Notes: generated from the sequence alone by a model not told the origin. Shown: positions 24,517 to 39,601, counted from the stretch's first letter. The stretch: 64,000 nucleotides of DNA from Zancudomyces culisetae HAW-14-8 (GCA_052426225.1 JBNJNM010000006.1:2604001-2668000); one strand, 5' to 3'. A program made the numbers and translations.

Positions 24517-25153
24517 TCAATATAGCACTTTTTTTATTTTTTTTATTTATAAACTCTTTTTGCGTTTGAGGTAATTATGTACTTTCAATATTACAAGATT
24601 AAGTTAAACTCAGCACTGTAAAATAAAGAAACAAAACAGAGTATACGTCATTAACGCAATTCATTTCTTCATTGTTACTATCGACTAAGAATGGTATACG
24701 TATTTTGTAGTACGAAGTATAAAATAATAAATTTAATACAGTAAAGCTAATTTCCTTGTATTGACGCATGCATTCGTAAAAGTGTAACCGTGAATATTTT
24801 CAAGCAATGTGATTGCTTGAGAAAAATCAATCAGTTTGCTATCTGTATGCTGAGGTAAGATACGTTTATATTTACTATGCTCCAACTACTGTTAAAGTGG
24901 TTGCGACTGAACAGGAAAAAATCTCGATGTGAAATCGTTAAGTGTTGTTTTTATCATCCATTAGATCATTAGGTAATAGCTCAGTTTGGTTGGTTAGCTG
25001 TTTCGGCGTTGTATTCAAAATTAATTCAAAACGCTTGGTGGTTTGGATCATTTTGATTTTGATTTTGGAAAATATTTTTTTTTGGTGAAATAGGAAATAG
25101 CTCTAAAAACAAAGTACAGAAATTACACAATTAAGAAAAACAATATATTAGTA

Positions 25154-26173
25154 ATGAAGGAAAAGGTAAATAAAATCGAGGTTGCCTCATCCTCTAAAAG
25201 CATTGAAAAAGCAAAAAAGCGCAAGAGAGTAGAGGAAATTCAAGAGAATGCCGATACTCCTAAAGTCAGCGCCAAGAAAGAGAAGGAAGAGAAGGAAGAT
25301 CACGCTAAATCAAAAAAGATAAAAACGGGATCCGGAAAGGAAAGAAAGAAATCACACAAAGATGATGAAAAGAAGAATGAAAAGATAGTAAAAACGGCCA
25401 ATGAGGAGAATGCGAAGGCGGAATCTGAAATCTCTATAACAGAAGATCCAAGCAAGAAATCCAAAAAAACTAAGAAATCCAAAGATTCAAAGCGTTCTCA
25501 GGAGGAAGATACTAAAAGCCTATCAAAAGGAGATAAAAAGAAAAAGAAAAGCAAAGATGAAACTCATGAGCAGTCGGGAAATGCTAGGAAGGTAACAGAG
25601 GAGGATCTATCCTTGGATGATGCATCCGGATCACACAAGGCATCACTTAGATATCTATTACAGTGGAAAAATTCCAAAGAGCAATGGAAATTTCAAAAGG
25701 CTAGGCAAAACTGGCTGCTTCGACATTTATATGATTCAGAAAAGGTAATTGTGCTGCTTTTTATTATAGTTTACAGCTTGCTGACCTTGCGCACCTATAT
25801 TTACAAATCAACATATCAAAAGATTGCTGGTGCCAAGATATAACATTATTATGGTAGAAGTGATGCATTAGTTTAACATAATTTAATACAACAACTATAG
25901 GTTCCAGTTGTGGTTTTCGACATTTTAGTCGAATATCTTGGCTCCATCAAAGGAAATCAGCGGGTAGTGATACTGGAGCAGGCTAATAAACTTTGTACTG
26001 TCGAGGAAAGTCCTAAAAATGATGGGGAGGACAAAGGTGGCGATGAACCAGAGGCATCAGAACAGGGAGGTGATTTGGATGACAAGAAAACCCCAGAGCA
26101 GTCAAGTGGAGGTGGGTCTGATGGCACCACGGCGAAGAGAGCAAAAGCCATTGTTGACGCACTACAAGCGTAA
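25154..26173 (+). CDS. WKF-domain (DUF2373-type) lysine-rich nucleolar-like protein. Exons 25154-25744, 25901-26173
   Basis: LRYLLQWK...WKFQKARQNWLLRHLYDSEK-VP..FDILVEYLGSIKG, after a K/E/S-rich N-terminus. Confidence 0.85.
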
Positions 26174-27188
26174 AAATCGTGAACAGCCAACATCATTCTA
26201 CAATTTCACTAGACTTAGTTTTAGATAGTCTTTTTTGTTTAAACATGTAAATATTCCTAAAGAAGAATTTTTCTAGAGCAGATGACAAAGATCAGTTGGT
26301 GTACATATTATAAAGCTACTTATTAAGCTACTATAGGCAGATGTCGTTCTACTTGTTTTGTCTGTTCTAGGGTGTTGATTTCTAGATCAGCCCAACACAA
26401 CGGGATGTATCCCCTTAAAATAAAACATAGCAAAACAAAGCTGGGCAGAGCAGGTCAGGGCAAAGAAAAAAAAGGCAAGTATTAAACAAGAATGTTTACA
26501 AAATGCCAGGTTTTTGGGTGCGGGGCATCATGTGACTAGGCGAGTACTGATAGTTACCGTTACTGCAGTTATATTTAAGCAGGATAATAAACATGATAAC
26601 CCTTTTCAAAAAAAAATATATAAGCCTAGAGGGTTTTACATATATGATAACTCCGGAAAAAACATCACCTTTGAACAGACGAGTAGAAAATATAAGAGAC
26701 TAGTCGTTTTTATTGGAATATTTAATCTTACGGGTATGCAATGTTATTAAGCATCAAATTTCAGCAAATGACAGAACAAGGGGATGCTCAGCCAAGGGTT
26801 TGGGTAAAAAAATAATAGCCCATATTACAAAATAAAGGCTACAAACCATTATGTCATGTTTTACCCTTTTTTATGGTTACTATATTTTTTTGTCTCCTTT
26901 TTATTTCAAAAACTACATCAAAGTTACAAGCGAGTAAGAGAAGGATATTTTTGCACCAATTATGTTGTGCAAACTGAGCGAGTTTACATTATTCTAAAAC
27001 TAAAAAAGCTTGTGTAACTCAAACCTGTTTTTATTACTAGGAATTTTAGAAAGGTTGAAAAAGAAGAGGGTGTAAAAAGTTGGAATATAGCTTGTATGCC
27101 ATATTTACCTTTATATAAAAGATAAACTGATAAACACATATCCTCTTGTCTAAAACACAGCAAGAGGGTGTTCTACATTCCAATAAAA

Positions 27189-29817
27189 ATGACCAAGGAA
27201 ATTTCAAATCAAATCGAAAAGCGAGTGGATGCTTTGAGGACAGATGAGGTATCTAAAAAACTATCAGAATTGAAACTATCGAAAAGAAATGATTCCAGTT
27301 TAAAAGCCTTTTCTGGTAAGGATGGGCCAATTTCTTCATCCACGGGGCATACTTTAAGGTACTATCAGCAGGAATGCATCGATAAGTCACTGGAGGCTAT
27401 TAAAGAGGGCTACAGAGATATCGCAGTATCTCTTCCAGTCGGTAATTCTATTTTCTTTTTTTTTAATTAAGGTGTGAAATATACCTAAAAAATATTACAT
27501 TGTAAGGCCAAACTAACAACTTCTTGAATGGCTTGATTGTACTTAACAGGGAGCGGTAAAACGGTATTGCTTTTTATACATTATATATCCTCATGGGCTA
27601 CTCTTGCACCTTTAAGCAATTTATAAACGGTCTGGTTTTTTTTTGTACTATTGTTTCCTTCGCTTAGAATCCATACTGAATACCTATTTGGGTTTAGTGA
27701 AGGGAGAGGGGGCAAGTCAATACTAACAAATGATACTGAAAACGTAAATATAGATAATATTTTCCAACATGATAAAACAACTCAAGGGTGATACTCCACA
27801 GGCAACAAAGACTTTAGTATTGGCACACAGAAAGGAGTTACTTCATCAAGCTTGTGATCATATTCGTAAGGCAGCACCTGACTTGCGAGTGGAATTAGAA
27901 CAAGGATCGAACAGGGCGAGTGCTGCAGCAGACGTGGTAGTTGCTAGTGTACAGACGCTGGCAAGGTGCGATGGAGAGAGACTAAGGCTTTACAATCCGG
28001 CATTTTACAAGTGTATTATAATAGATGAAGCCCACCACGCAACTGCGAACTCATACCTCAAGATTATTGAGTACTTCATGCCAAAACGGCAGGAAAGTGA
28101 GAGTAGTAAAAGTACTGGAAATGATGAATCTGGAGCTATTACAACAGGAAGAAAAAGAAAAACGGGTCCAGTAGTCTGGGGTTGTTCGGCAACTCTGAAA
28201 CGTAGTGACGATATTTCTCTGGGTATGGTTTTTAGCAAAATCGTTTACCACAAGGCCTTTACCGATTTGATTATAGAAGGTTGGCTTTCCTCCATAACAG
28301 TAACTGTAGTTAAAACAGTTGTGGATTTGTCAGCAGTAAAAAAGTTTGGGGGAGATTTTAATCTCAAGTCACTCGAAGAAGCTGTGGATACTGATGAGAG
28401 AAATAATTTGGTAGTAGATAAATATCTTCAATTTGCACAAGCCTCTAAAGGTAAAAAGCGAGATTCCACACTGGTATTTGCCGTAAACGTTGAACACGCA
28501 AGAAGTTTGACAAATACGTTTCGGAAGAGAGGGGTTGATGCGAGAGACGTATTTGGAAAAACACCACAAAAGGATAGATCTGTTCTACTTGGAGAATTTA
28601 GGGGGAAAAAGTTTCCGGTTCTGGTAAATTGTGAAATTTTAACTGAGGGAACAGATATACCCAATATAGATTGCATTATAATGGCAAGACCCACGCGCAG
28701 CTCAGTCCTGTTCCAACAAATGATAGGCCGTGGCATGCGTCTACATGAGGGTAAAAAAGACTGTATGATAATAGACTTTGTGGATGTCTTTAATTCAAAA
28801 GCGAGTATGATCAACTTTCCTACGCTCCTGGGTCTTGACCCTAAAAGTAAAATTGAAAATTTTAATATTACTAACCAACTTAAAAAAAAGAAAGACAATG
28901 CTATGCCAGAGCTCCATACTGTTCCTGTTTCCGACAAACAAACACACCCGGCACTCTCAAACATCAAGCATATATGTACTCGTTTGCTTGACCCATACTT
29001 TATCTTTGATTTAAATGAAGATGATTTACGTGAATTCAGCTCGCATTTCGGAAATCGGTTTTCGCCACATGACATTGATATTTTGACTACTGGAGATCCC
29101 CGTATAGCAATGTGGTCACAGCTGTCCTGGGTTGCTTTACCCGATGGAAAATATACATTTTCACACCCAAGTCTCCAAATCACTCTTGAAGACAACTATG
29201 TTTCCAGTAATCTGCAGAAAATTTCTGAGAAGAGCGGAGCCCAGTCCACCAAGGAGGCTGGCGAAAATTCGCAGAACACCAAAGGGTCGAGATACACCGC
29301 TGTGTGTTCGCACGATCCTGCAAACACTATTCGAAAAAAGCGTTTTTCTAGTCAGTCCAATACTCGTCTTGAGAAAATAAATTTCGAAGCGAATAATTTG
29401 TCCGATGCCTTTGCCGCCTGCGACGCCTTCCTTCGTTCGAAAATCTCTTCAAATGACTATGAATATTACAAACGAAGCAACCCATGGAGGGCCTTGCCTC
29501 CCACCAAGGGACAGACGATGTTTTTGGAAGAGTTGGGTGCGCCTCTATCTAGCTTTGGCGGTCCCAAACATGTTAGGATAAAACCAGCAAGAAAGTCTGA
29601 TGCAAACATTGGGCCTATCGATTCAAATATGAACAATCATTTCGGCGGAGCAATTGGAAAGTATAGTTCTATAAATTTAACTCGTGGTGCGGTTTCCAAT
29701 CTGATTGCTCGACTAATATCTGGCGCTGCAGATTCAAACAAGAATCAAGTCAAGTCAAGAATCGCTTACGACCTTGAGCTCGCTAAAGCCCGCAAAAATG
29801 ACATTTTCATAGGCTAG
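27189..29817 (+). CDS. IRC3: Irc3-like SF2 DEAH DNA helicase; N-terminus uncertain. Exons ~27189-27441, 27550-27563, 27754-29817
   Basis: LRYYQQECI, spliced SLPV-GSGKT, LAHRKELLHQ, ASVQTL, IIDEAHH, SAT, LTEGTDIPNIDCIIMARPTRS and QMIGRGMRL motifs. Confidence 0.9.
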
Positions 29818-29826
29818 TATCACTCT

Positions 29827-29880
29827 AGTAGTAGTAATAGTAGTAGTAGTAGTAGTAGTAGTAGGAGGAGGAGGAGGAGA
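29827..29880. repeat. (AGT)n-(AGG)n microsatellite
   Basis: tagtagtagtaatagtagtagtagtagtagtagtaggaggaggaggagga just downstream of the IRC3 stop. Confidence 0.9.
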
Positions 29881-30594
29881 GGGTTCGTATATTCACATAG
29901 TTGGACATATTTTACAACCACATGGTGGGTCAGATTATATGCTTTAATTATTTACTAAAATTATATATGCAGCGTTTTATTCGCATTTATTCATCTGTTT
30001 TTATAATCCAATATTTAAGTGAATGCAGTGATCTTTACACCATTGTGGTTTAACTGTTGCTTCAGCTTATTTAATAAATAAAAAGTTCAAACCGAGGGTA
30101 AGCTTGTCTTAAAATATAAATATTTAAAGATGGAAGTGGCTCTAATATTGCAACATACAACCCCATCAAACGCCTGGACTGCAGGCACATGTTGGTATGG
30201 GAATCATTTTCTATTCTTTCAATTGTTACACAACCACAGCTAGTTATGTTGCAATTCCTGAGTAGCTACAGTACAACCAGCTAATATCTTTTATACGTTG
30301 ATTAGCACCTCCTTTAAAGTAAACAGAAGTAGCCAATAGGTTGTATTTTTTTAGACTTGATGCAAATTGGTGCAACCATATTGATCAATTTTTGGAAAAC
30401 CCATTGTAATATTATTTTTGGATGCTGTTGCTGGTAACAACCGATTTTCTTATAATCTTAAAGCCTAAATATACCTCAAAGTAGCCAATACATCATACAC
30501 TTGTTCGAAACAAAAGAATAATCATTCACGAAGGCTATCCGATTCAAAACATTTGTTGAGTTTTATATTTTAAGAAAAATCAGATCAAACTGAG

Positions 30595-33500
30595 ATGGTA
30601 CTAAAAGTAAATGGAAAATCAATTCCAGGATTTAGAATTAAGCATGGTAGTGCAGGGAGCGATTTAGAAAGTGTAGTTTTCAATGGGAGACTTTGGTCAT
30701 TAACAGAAAGATTGAAAGGCGAAGATTTTCCTGGAAAGGACAGTGGAATCAAAATCGTACTGAATCCTGTGTACGAATTAATAGCAGTGTTAATAAACCA
30801 CAGACACGTCAAGGTTATTAGATCAAAAGATAACAGAGTAATGTGGACGCACACTTGTTTTTCCCAAAAGCGTGGTCTCAGTAAGATAGATGATAGGTCG
30901 CACGAAAACAAAATAATTGGAATCTGCTGGAGACCAAACGGGCGAGAGCTGGCAATAATCAATAACCAATTATACTGCGAAATACTTGAATTCCAGCAAG
31001 GAAATGTAAAAGGACAGCTTGATCTATGTGTAGAAAAGAATGAGGAGCAATCCGGTCGTACTAAGGCACCTTGCGTGGAGTTAGTCGCAGATTTTAGTAT
31101 GAAATGGGTAAACCTGTGTGGTAAACCAAAGGAGTTAATGAAGGGTGGTATGGTGACAAAGGATATCGAAAAGGGTAATGAAACCGATGCGTTAATATTT
31201 CTAACTACAAAGGGAAATATACACGTATATATTGATGGGTGTTACAAGTTGAAAGTTGCAAAAATAAAACTGGGGAGTGAAATGGTAGGCAGAGCTGAAA
31301 GTGTCAGAATTTTGGATGTTAAGCCAGGGTCTTGCCTCAGAACGTTGTATATCAAAGCGTTAGTACAGAATCATGCACAAGATCAAGATCTGCTTGAATT
31401 TGAAAAAAAGCTGCAAGTTGGATCAATGACTTATAGGGAAGAACATAAAAAGGTTGGTTCAAAAAATAGCATGGTGTGTCTTTATAAATGTGAGACAGAG
31501 ATAGCTAAAGCGGTTGGGAAGCTCCATTTAAAAACAGCTAAAAGTTCAAGGATTCTTGAGCGCTTTTATCGATTGAAGCTTGGAATACAAAAATGTCATG
31601 AACTGTATAAACAGTTTGAAGACGAAACTCTGAAACTGAGGAGGGTTAATGAGTTGTTTTTGCATGTTATGATTGATAATGGATTAGAAAACACGCTTAG
31701 CATGTATTCCGAGTTGATTAGGATGGTGGTGACTGGGAAATCAAGTGAGGCTACCATTTCGTTTTTTTTGTCAAAGTTTCAGGAAAACGTAAGCACCAAA
31801 TGTTACTCACTTTTAGGTTTATGAACTCTACACAATTTTTTTTCTTGCACAAGAAGAAATGCAAGATAAGTTGATGGGGTATTATGTACTTGAGCATATT
31901 AACACGTATCGATGTTTTTGATATCAAATATAGGAAATTAAAACAAGTATGGGGGAAATGAGCTTTATTAGTGAGACACTTGTAAAGACAGTAATTACTG
32001 ATATCCAACATACATTGGAAGAGTTGCTTGTGGATGTAACCGGATCTTTAAATGATCGTACCGAGTGAGTGTTATAAAGTTGTTTAATAGAAACTAGAGT
32101 GTTTTAAACGTGCTATGGATAGGAGGCGATGTTTATATAGGAAATATGTAAGCGTACATATTGGCTGTGCTACACAAGAACTTATAGCTGCAAGTACTGA
32201 TGTCATTTACCATTTTGTTGTAGAAATCACCAAGAAGACTGTAAAACAATTCAAAGCACACTGATTTGGCTGTACGAACGGTACGAGTGGTTAATAGAAA
32301 ATTTGAACACCAGGTACAGAGAGTATAAAACTATGTATGAGTACTTGATATATGTCAAAAAGGAGCTTGAGTGGCAAAATTCGTACGAACCAGGCAACGA
32401 TGGTACGTTTCTAAGGGATAGACCCGAACTTCCGACAATAAATCGATCCGTATTAGGAAAAATCATTAAAAAATTACTGTACACACCAAAATACACGGAT
32501 GTAGACAAAACTAAAAGCAAAAAAAGGCAATCTGACCGAAATATGAGCGTTTTTGATGAGCTTATAGCAGGATTTTATGATGCGGCTAATGAATCTGACA
32601 CAAACCTTCTCATCAAACACTTTTTTACAATTGCGGACGAAACTGAGCAAAATTTTGACATGCAAATGAGCTCAACGGATGATCGACAGCGGTTTCGAGT
32701 AGAATTTGTAAAGTTGTACTTTCAACAGTTAGCTCAACAGGGTGATATGCATGAGTCTATTCAAGCTGCCAGAAACGCAGGCTTACATACTCGTATCGGA
32801 AATAGTGCACTTATTCTAGAGGAAGTACTCCCAAAAGCTCAATTTCATAGTAAGGCTGTTCTAGTATCGGCATTAAATTCACTGGTGAGATCAAATCCAG
32901 GTATAACCGAGGATAGCGAACCTGATGACATTAAAAAAATATTGATGGTACCATCACAGGACGAATCACTGGACTATCTAGGTAACAGGCTCAATGAATT
33001 TTTATTTACGTCTGTCCCAGAGCTCAAAGAGATTGTACTTTGTGGAAACCTTTTACAAAGCCATCATCCCTGTACAAATCTCGATTCCAAAACAAACCTA
33101 TCTGCTTTTCATATTGGAGCGGTATCTGATGATCTAGGTTGTGATTTCGTTATTTCGCGAAAAATACAGGATAAAAATGAAGTTGCAGCTTCGTTAGAGT
33201 CTTTAGCTGACTCAGTTTACATGGTATGCTGCGAGACGTACAAAAATATCGACCAATGTAATGATACTTTAGCAAGTACAAACAATGCATCTCGCAACTT
33301 CAACTTGTTATCAATAACACCGCTACAGAGTAATAACACCGGGGTAAAAGGCGGGCCGTATAACCCAGTGGTATTGTTGTTGAATGGTGAAAACTGTGGA
33401 GGAAAAAAAAGGGCTGACACTTTGCCGGCTATCAGTTCGCAACTGTTTTTGCCTCTTGAAAACTTAGGGCTGAAGGCATTTACCCTAATTGAGAGGGCAG

Positions 33501-34100
33501 GCGCAGTTTACCTATTGGGGTTGTTGAAGATACAAGGTAAACATTTAAAGAGTCTACAAAGATGGAAATGGAAAAATAAATAGGCTTAGTGTACAATGCA
33601 AATAGCCCAAATCATATAAAACCCTGAACACTCGTTTTACTTGCTAGAATGAGTGTCATATTTATTTATTCTTTTATTTCTTTGTACTGTGCTTTATAGG
33701 TGATGATTGCTGCTGGTTGGTTTCGATTGATATCTTGGATCTTGCTAAAACATCGGAACATTGTATCTCGAATGGTGGTACTGTCGATTCTGATGTGCAT
33801 AATCTATCATCAACATTATCAAAACTAAAGGTATGTTGTGGTGGGTTACTATATCATTTTTTAACGGGCGATGTATAATAATCAACAAATTTATTTTATT
33901 AGGACTTTGAGGCCCTCAATGTTAGGTTGGCAAGTAGACTGGATCTATTCAAGACCGACTCAGATATTAGAATATGTACAAGCAGCGATATCCATGGCGG
34001 TACCTCCTGTTGTAGCGTACACGAAAAGACCATTAGAGTTTGTGTTGTGGATTTTTCAAGCGGAAATTATGTTTTGTTTGCTTTGTTAGATGAAGTATAA
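30595..34100 (+). CDS. APC4: Anaphase-promoting complex subunit 4-like, divergent. Exons 30595-31788, 31934-32064, 32224-33536, 33700-33830, 33903-34100
   Basis: NPVYELIAV...ICWRPNGRELAI resembles the Apc4 WD40 start; ELIRMVVTGKSSEA resembles the Apc4 helical domain; exons splice in phase. Confidence 0.7.
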
Positions 34101-34466
34101 GTTGTTGGCGCTTGGGTGTATTAAACCTATCAATAACTGAGAATGTGTATTTTTGTCAATAACTGTATAGCTAACAACAATACCACAATAGGTGGTCATG
34201 GTTCTGAAAATATATTTCAACTGCTTTTTTCCTTTAATTTCAGTCATTTGAAATTGGCATTGCACCAATAACCAGCATAATTGCTGCTCTTTTTGGGTTG
34301 CGATTCGTTTTTCTAAATTTCCAGTTTGGGAAAGTCCAATAAATTTTGGCGTAGCGTATTTATTCTGACTTGACATTTGAATATAAAGCCATGTTTATTT
34401 TATTACGCAAACACCTATTTCAATTCCAAAGAATACAAAGAGAACGCAAAATAAATAGTTAAAAGG

Positions 34467-36237
34467 ATGGAGGAAATTAAAGGTAATAAAGGATTGAATC
34501 CACAACATTTTCTATACTGATAACAGCAATAGCATGTACTAAACAATGTAAATATAAACAACTTGTAAATAGTTATAGTAAAATGGCAAGGAAAAAAGTA
34601 CGAGGTAGATGTAGATACAACACAAAAGGGAGAAGTTCTCAAAGCAATGTTGTACTCACTTACAGGGGTCGAGCCGGAACGCCAGAAAATCTTAGTCAAG
34701 GGTAAACAGATAAAAGACGAGGACCCTTTGGCCATTTTTAAGCTAACGCCAAATCAGATCTTGATGGTAAATCTAACAGCACAATATTTTTTACTCTCTT
34801 TTTATAAATTATTGCTGTTTTTTCTCCGAAAGCAGTAGATATTTGGTTCAAAGCACTAATATTTGAATATACCTATAGATGATGGGCTCAACCACTAAAA
34901 TCCCATCGCCGCCGCCAGTTCCTACGAAATTCTATGAAGACATGTCAACTGAAGAAATCAACAAGGCGCTAAATATTCCTGTGGGTTTGGTAAATCTGGG
35001 AAATACATGCTACTTTAACGCTACGCTTCAGTGTATGAAAGCATCAAAGGAACTGAAAGAGGCGATAAGCAAGCCACAAACAGCACAAATTTCAACAGCA
35101 ACAACAAATCCCTCAGACAAATTGCAAAAGAACCTTTTGGAGTCAGTAAAACAAGTCTTTAGTAGCATGGATACGACGGACCAGGAAGCTATAAGTCCAG
35201 TGAAGTTACTGTCGAGTTTGCAAGCATTGTATCCACAGTTCGCAGAGAGGGAACAGTCTGGGATGGCTTATAAACAACAGGACGCGGAGGAATGTTGGAA
35301 CGTAATAATGAATACGTTAGCAGCACAGCTTAAAGTTGAAGGAGGTAGTAAGAATTTGATTGACAGTTATTTTGGCGGAGAGATGGTCACAACCTACAAG
35401 TGTAAAGAAGCACCGGACGAAATGGAAACAACAAAGGTCGATGCTTTTAGAAAGTTGGACTGTAGGATAGACAAATCCGTCCTGTATTTACAACAAGGAC
35501 TGAAGCTTAGCTTAAACCAAACAATCGAAAAGCATTCAGAGACCTTAAACAAGGATGTAGAGTATATTGCAAGTTCACAGATCTCCAGATTACCCAAGTA
35601 TTTAACAGTAAATTATCTCAGATTTTTCTGGAAGACCAAGGAGTCAGTAGAAGCAAAAGTTGTCAAGCGAGTTGTATTCCCAACTGAGCTCGATCTTGGT
35701 GAATTTGTAACATCCGATCTGATGGAGAAAATGGCTCCATTGCGTTCCTATTTTAAAAACGCTGCTGTAGAAGAGGAGACCCAGAAAAAACGTGCAAGAC
35801 TCGAGATTCAAAAGGAGAACGATCGACAGCTTAACATCCAACGAGAGCGTGTAGACACTCCGCCATCTCGATCAGGATCTCCTGGCCTCACATCTGCATC
35901 CACAACTGACTGTAATGCATTAATCCACCCATCACTGAAATCCGACATCGGCTGCAATCCCTCTGGATTCTATGAGCTTGTTGCTGTATTGACCCACATA
36001 GGAAGAAACGCAAACTCCGGACACTACATTGCATGGGTCCGACATGAGAACGATCCCGTAACTGGATCGAACCAAATTCAAGGCGCCAGCCCTCCTAGTG
36101 GCACTTCTCACTGGTGGTACAAATTTGATGACAACAATGTATCCATTGTTTCTGAGAATGATATTAAGAAGCTAGAAGGTGGCGGAGACTGGCATACTGC
36201 ATACATTACTTTGTATAAAGCCAAAGACCTTGCCTGA
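34467..36237 (+). CDS. UBP6: Proteasome-associated deubiquitinase Ubp6/USP14. Exons 34467-34482, 34573-34766, 34879-36237
   Basis: UBL domain VKWQGKKY...LYSLTGVEPERQKILVKG; GLVNLGNTCYFNA, QQDAEEC, LTHIGRNANSGHY, GGGDWHTAY. Confidence 0.95.
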
Positions 36238-37048
36238 TTGCTTTTTTTTCTATATAATATTTTTTTTGGTATCTTGACATTCGCATCACCCCCTTTTTTT
36301 TCTGTTGGTTCCTGATAATTCTGCAATAATAATTGACAACAAAAAAACTTAGACAAACGCAAGGATTGGTTTTCTTTTTTTCTTTCTTTTCCTTTCTTTT
36401 TCTTTCGTTTTGTTTGGATTTCATTTTTTTTACTTTTATTCTTTGTAGAATCATAGTTTGAGAAAATGAATCATAGTAGCAGGTGCATATCAGGGCTAAT
36501 GTATAACTCTTGTACCTAATAAATATAGACTTCAACCTACATATGAATACTTTCGAGAATAACAAGTTTTACTCAGTGCATATCAATATAAAAATACTCA
36601 ACATTCATCATAGAATTGCTCAAGCCCCTAGTATTCAAAAATCATATGTATGTCTACATCAACATAATGACTAGAAACTTGTATAGATGGTACAATATTT
36701 TCATGTACATTGAAAATTCTCCACAACAGACTGAAGGAGAGAAATCTAAGGGTCATATTTTTATTTCCACCAATTCCTCATAATAATTTGCGCTTGTTAT
36801 TTATGTAATTTCACGCTAAATCGTAGAGTTGGAATCTGTATAAAAAATTTCACTGTTTAAAGGGCATTTCGTAAATGCTCGTGTTTTGTTTGCGAGATAT
36901 TGTAGGTATATAGGCAAAGAAAATTATTTATATCTCTTTCTTCATTACACTTCCGATTAGGGTCAGGGATGCAAAATAATGTTGATTCTTATAAATCATT
37001 TATAACAAAAGTATAAAAATAATCACGACGGGAATAACACTCACCAAA

Positions 37049-39601
37049 ATGAGCGAAAAAAGGGTGGCCTTCATCGATCGGGTAGGTAGTCCAAAAACTG
37101 ATATCTCGAACGCATATTGACTTGTTATATAACCTCGAATTCCACTAAAAATTTGAAATTTTTAAACAGATTCGAGTGATTGAGTCTTACATTTGTTTTG
37201 CAACATAAAATAAAACATGATAAAATAAACTAGATCGAATTAGAACATTTCAAAATTGGCGAGTTAAAATCGATTATGAAATTTCTCGTTAAGGAAAAGA
37301 TTATCCAACATGGGTGCACGGGGCAAGACAGGAGGGAAAACATAATTGTGGACTTGTACAATATAATCAAATACATTTATAACCTTCGAACTTTCGAAGA
37401 TTACTCTCGTTTGCTTTCATTTATGTTTTCGCTGCGTGCTTTGGTAATTACCAAAAACAATCCTTATACCCACTTTATGTGGCGGGATAACAATGAATAT
37501 CTCGTAAATTACATTCCTTTGCAGCAAGGAACTGGTAATTTCTATTTTTGTGCGAGCGATATACAAAGAGGCAACGATGGTTACAATAGTATTACCAATA
37601 CCAGCCGCAACTATCCCCAGCCCAACTCCTACAGAAACACGCCCAATAGTAATAATGTAAATAATCAAAGTATTAGCTCCACGAATGAAATTTACAAGCA
37701 GCAGCAACTAATGTATCAGAATTTTGGCGGCGGTGCTGGTGATACCAGCATGCGAAATCCAAGTAGTAGTACTGGTATTGTGGGAGGTAGAGAAACGGGA
37801 GTGTTTGAAAGGTTTAAAAATATAAAGTTTGCTGAAATCCCATTTTTTACGATCGAGAAACACATCGGAATCTACCAAGCATTATACAGTAAATCTCTGA
37901 ATTTTTTTTTGTATTCTTTTTTATTTGGATTTAACATTTACAAATGGGCGAAATGCTTGTAATATTATATATGTATATAACTTTTAAATCCCAATTATAC
38001 CGATTCATCTTGTTTAAAAATATGTAGTGACGAGAGACCAGCCAAAAACTGTTTCCTGGTTTGTTAATATTGCCGAGATTGCAGAAAAACTGAGGGATAC
38101 ACAGCACGAATACAAAATCAAGATATTTACATCAAACCTTAGTTGTGTGAACAGGTCATATTTGCCTGGTGACGAGGGGGCCAAAATATCATACCCCGAG
38201 GAGTTTGAAATAAGAATAAACGGAGAAGTTTTAAAGCTATCAGTTAAAAAATATAAGCATGCACAGTTGCTACCCATAGACATTACACAATTTATAGATG
38301 CAAATAGGAGCATTATCAAACTAGATATGTTTTACAGGGATAAGGTTAAGGATACAGTAGCAGGAGTGAATTTGGTACGAACGGTTCCCATTACAGATTT
38401 ACTGGAGAAACTGAAGCAGACACGGGTGATGACAAAGGAATTTGTTCTTGCGCGCCTGAAAGATAAAGCAAATGAAGATGAGCTTATCCCGCTGAACGTA
38501 AAACTGTCGTTAAGATGTCCTATTGGAATGATTAGAATTAAGGATCCAGTCAGGTTTAAACAATGTAGCCATTTGCAGTGTTTTGATGCTCTTTCATTTT
38601 TAGATTCGAATCAAGCATACATGACATGGCAATGTCCTGTTTGTAATGTATACTACAAAGACTGGAGCGACTTGTACATTGACTCTTACTTTGAGGATTT
38701 ACTGAATCAGTCGCCAACTGATGTTGATTTTGTATATACTTGTCCAAATGGCAACATAATTAACAAACCTGGTACAGACCTTCACAGTCCCACTATGGAT
38801 AAAATAGAAAGTGGCGGTATAAACAGTACCAGTAGTGGCACAAATCTCAAGGCTGAAGCTTCGTGTATGTCTGATACTGTATCTTGTACAGTTTCAGGGG
38901 ATTCACTGACTTCACCTTCATCCCGTCCTCCTGTTTCCAATGTCTACTCGCCAAATCCCACTAGTACCACTACAGCCACTACTAGCAACGGTGGTGCAGT
39001 GCCACAAACATCACCTCATGAAACCACTGCCAATAGCATTACTAAAACGCCCTCCAAAAAAAGCATCGATGTTGTAGACTTGACGCTATCAGATGACGAT
39101 GATGGTGTTGATGCCGGTGTTGATGCTGGTGTTGATGCTGGTGCTGGTGCTGATACTGGTACTGGTATTTTTATTGATGCTGGTGCTGGCAGCACTACAT
39201 CATTATTAGAGGACACCCAGGCAGAGACCCTAAAAAATGCTGCCAGTGCCTTAAATACAAATGATATTAATGAAACAAGTAATGTTTCTATTGACACCAT
39301 AAATGAAAGTACTAATCAGAGCAATAGCTATATCGCGCCCACCAACACAGAAGACAGTATGAACCTTAGAATTAATATTAACGAAGATGCCATTACTGAG
39401 GCTAATACCGGCGGATCCCATACGACTAAGAACACCAGTAATAGTACCATCAACATCAGTAGTACTCTCTCTACTATCAATAATACAATATCTTCAAAAA
39501 CACAGCCTGCTTCATTTAACGAATTTTTCGACGTCTTAGAGAGTGATTTTGCTGCTATTCTTTCAAAATCACAGATGGATATTCGTAACTTTACACTCTA
39601 G
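37049..39601 (+). CDS. SIZ1: Siz/PIAS SP-RING SUMO E3 ligase. Exons 37049-37081, 37234-37888, 38028-39601
   Basis: PINIT-like region (PIDIT); SP-RING LSLRCPIGMIRIKDPVRFKQCSHLQCFDA...WQCPVC; SUMO-interacting motif IDVVDLTLSDDD. Confidence 0.9.

Noticed and set aside
24797-24824. Small hairpin tcaagcaat-gtg-attgcttga
   Set aside because: Short and AT-rich, with no supporting context.
26350-26465. Possible structured RNA (SRP-like pairing)
   Set aside because: Pairing relies on many G-U pairs between low-complexity pentamer-like tracts; no SRP helix-8 motif recognised.
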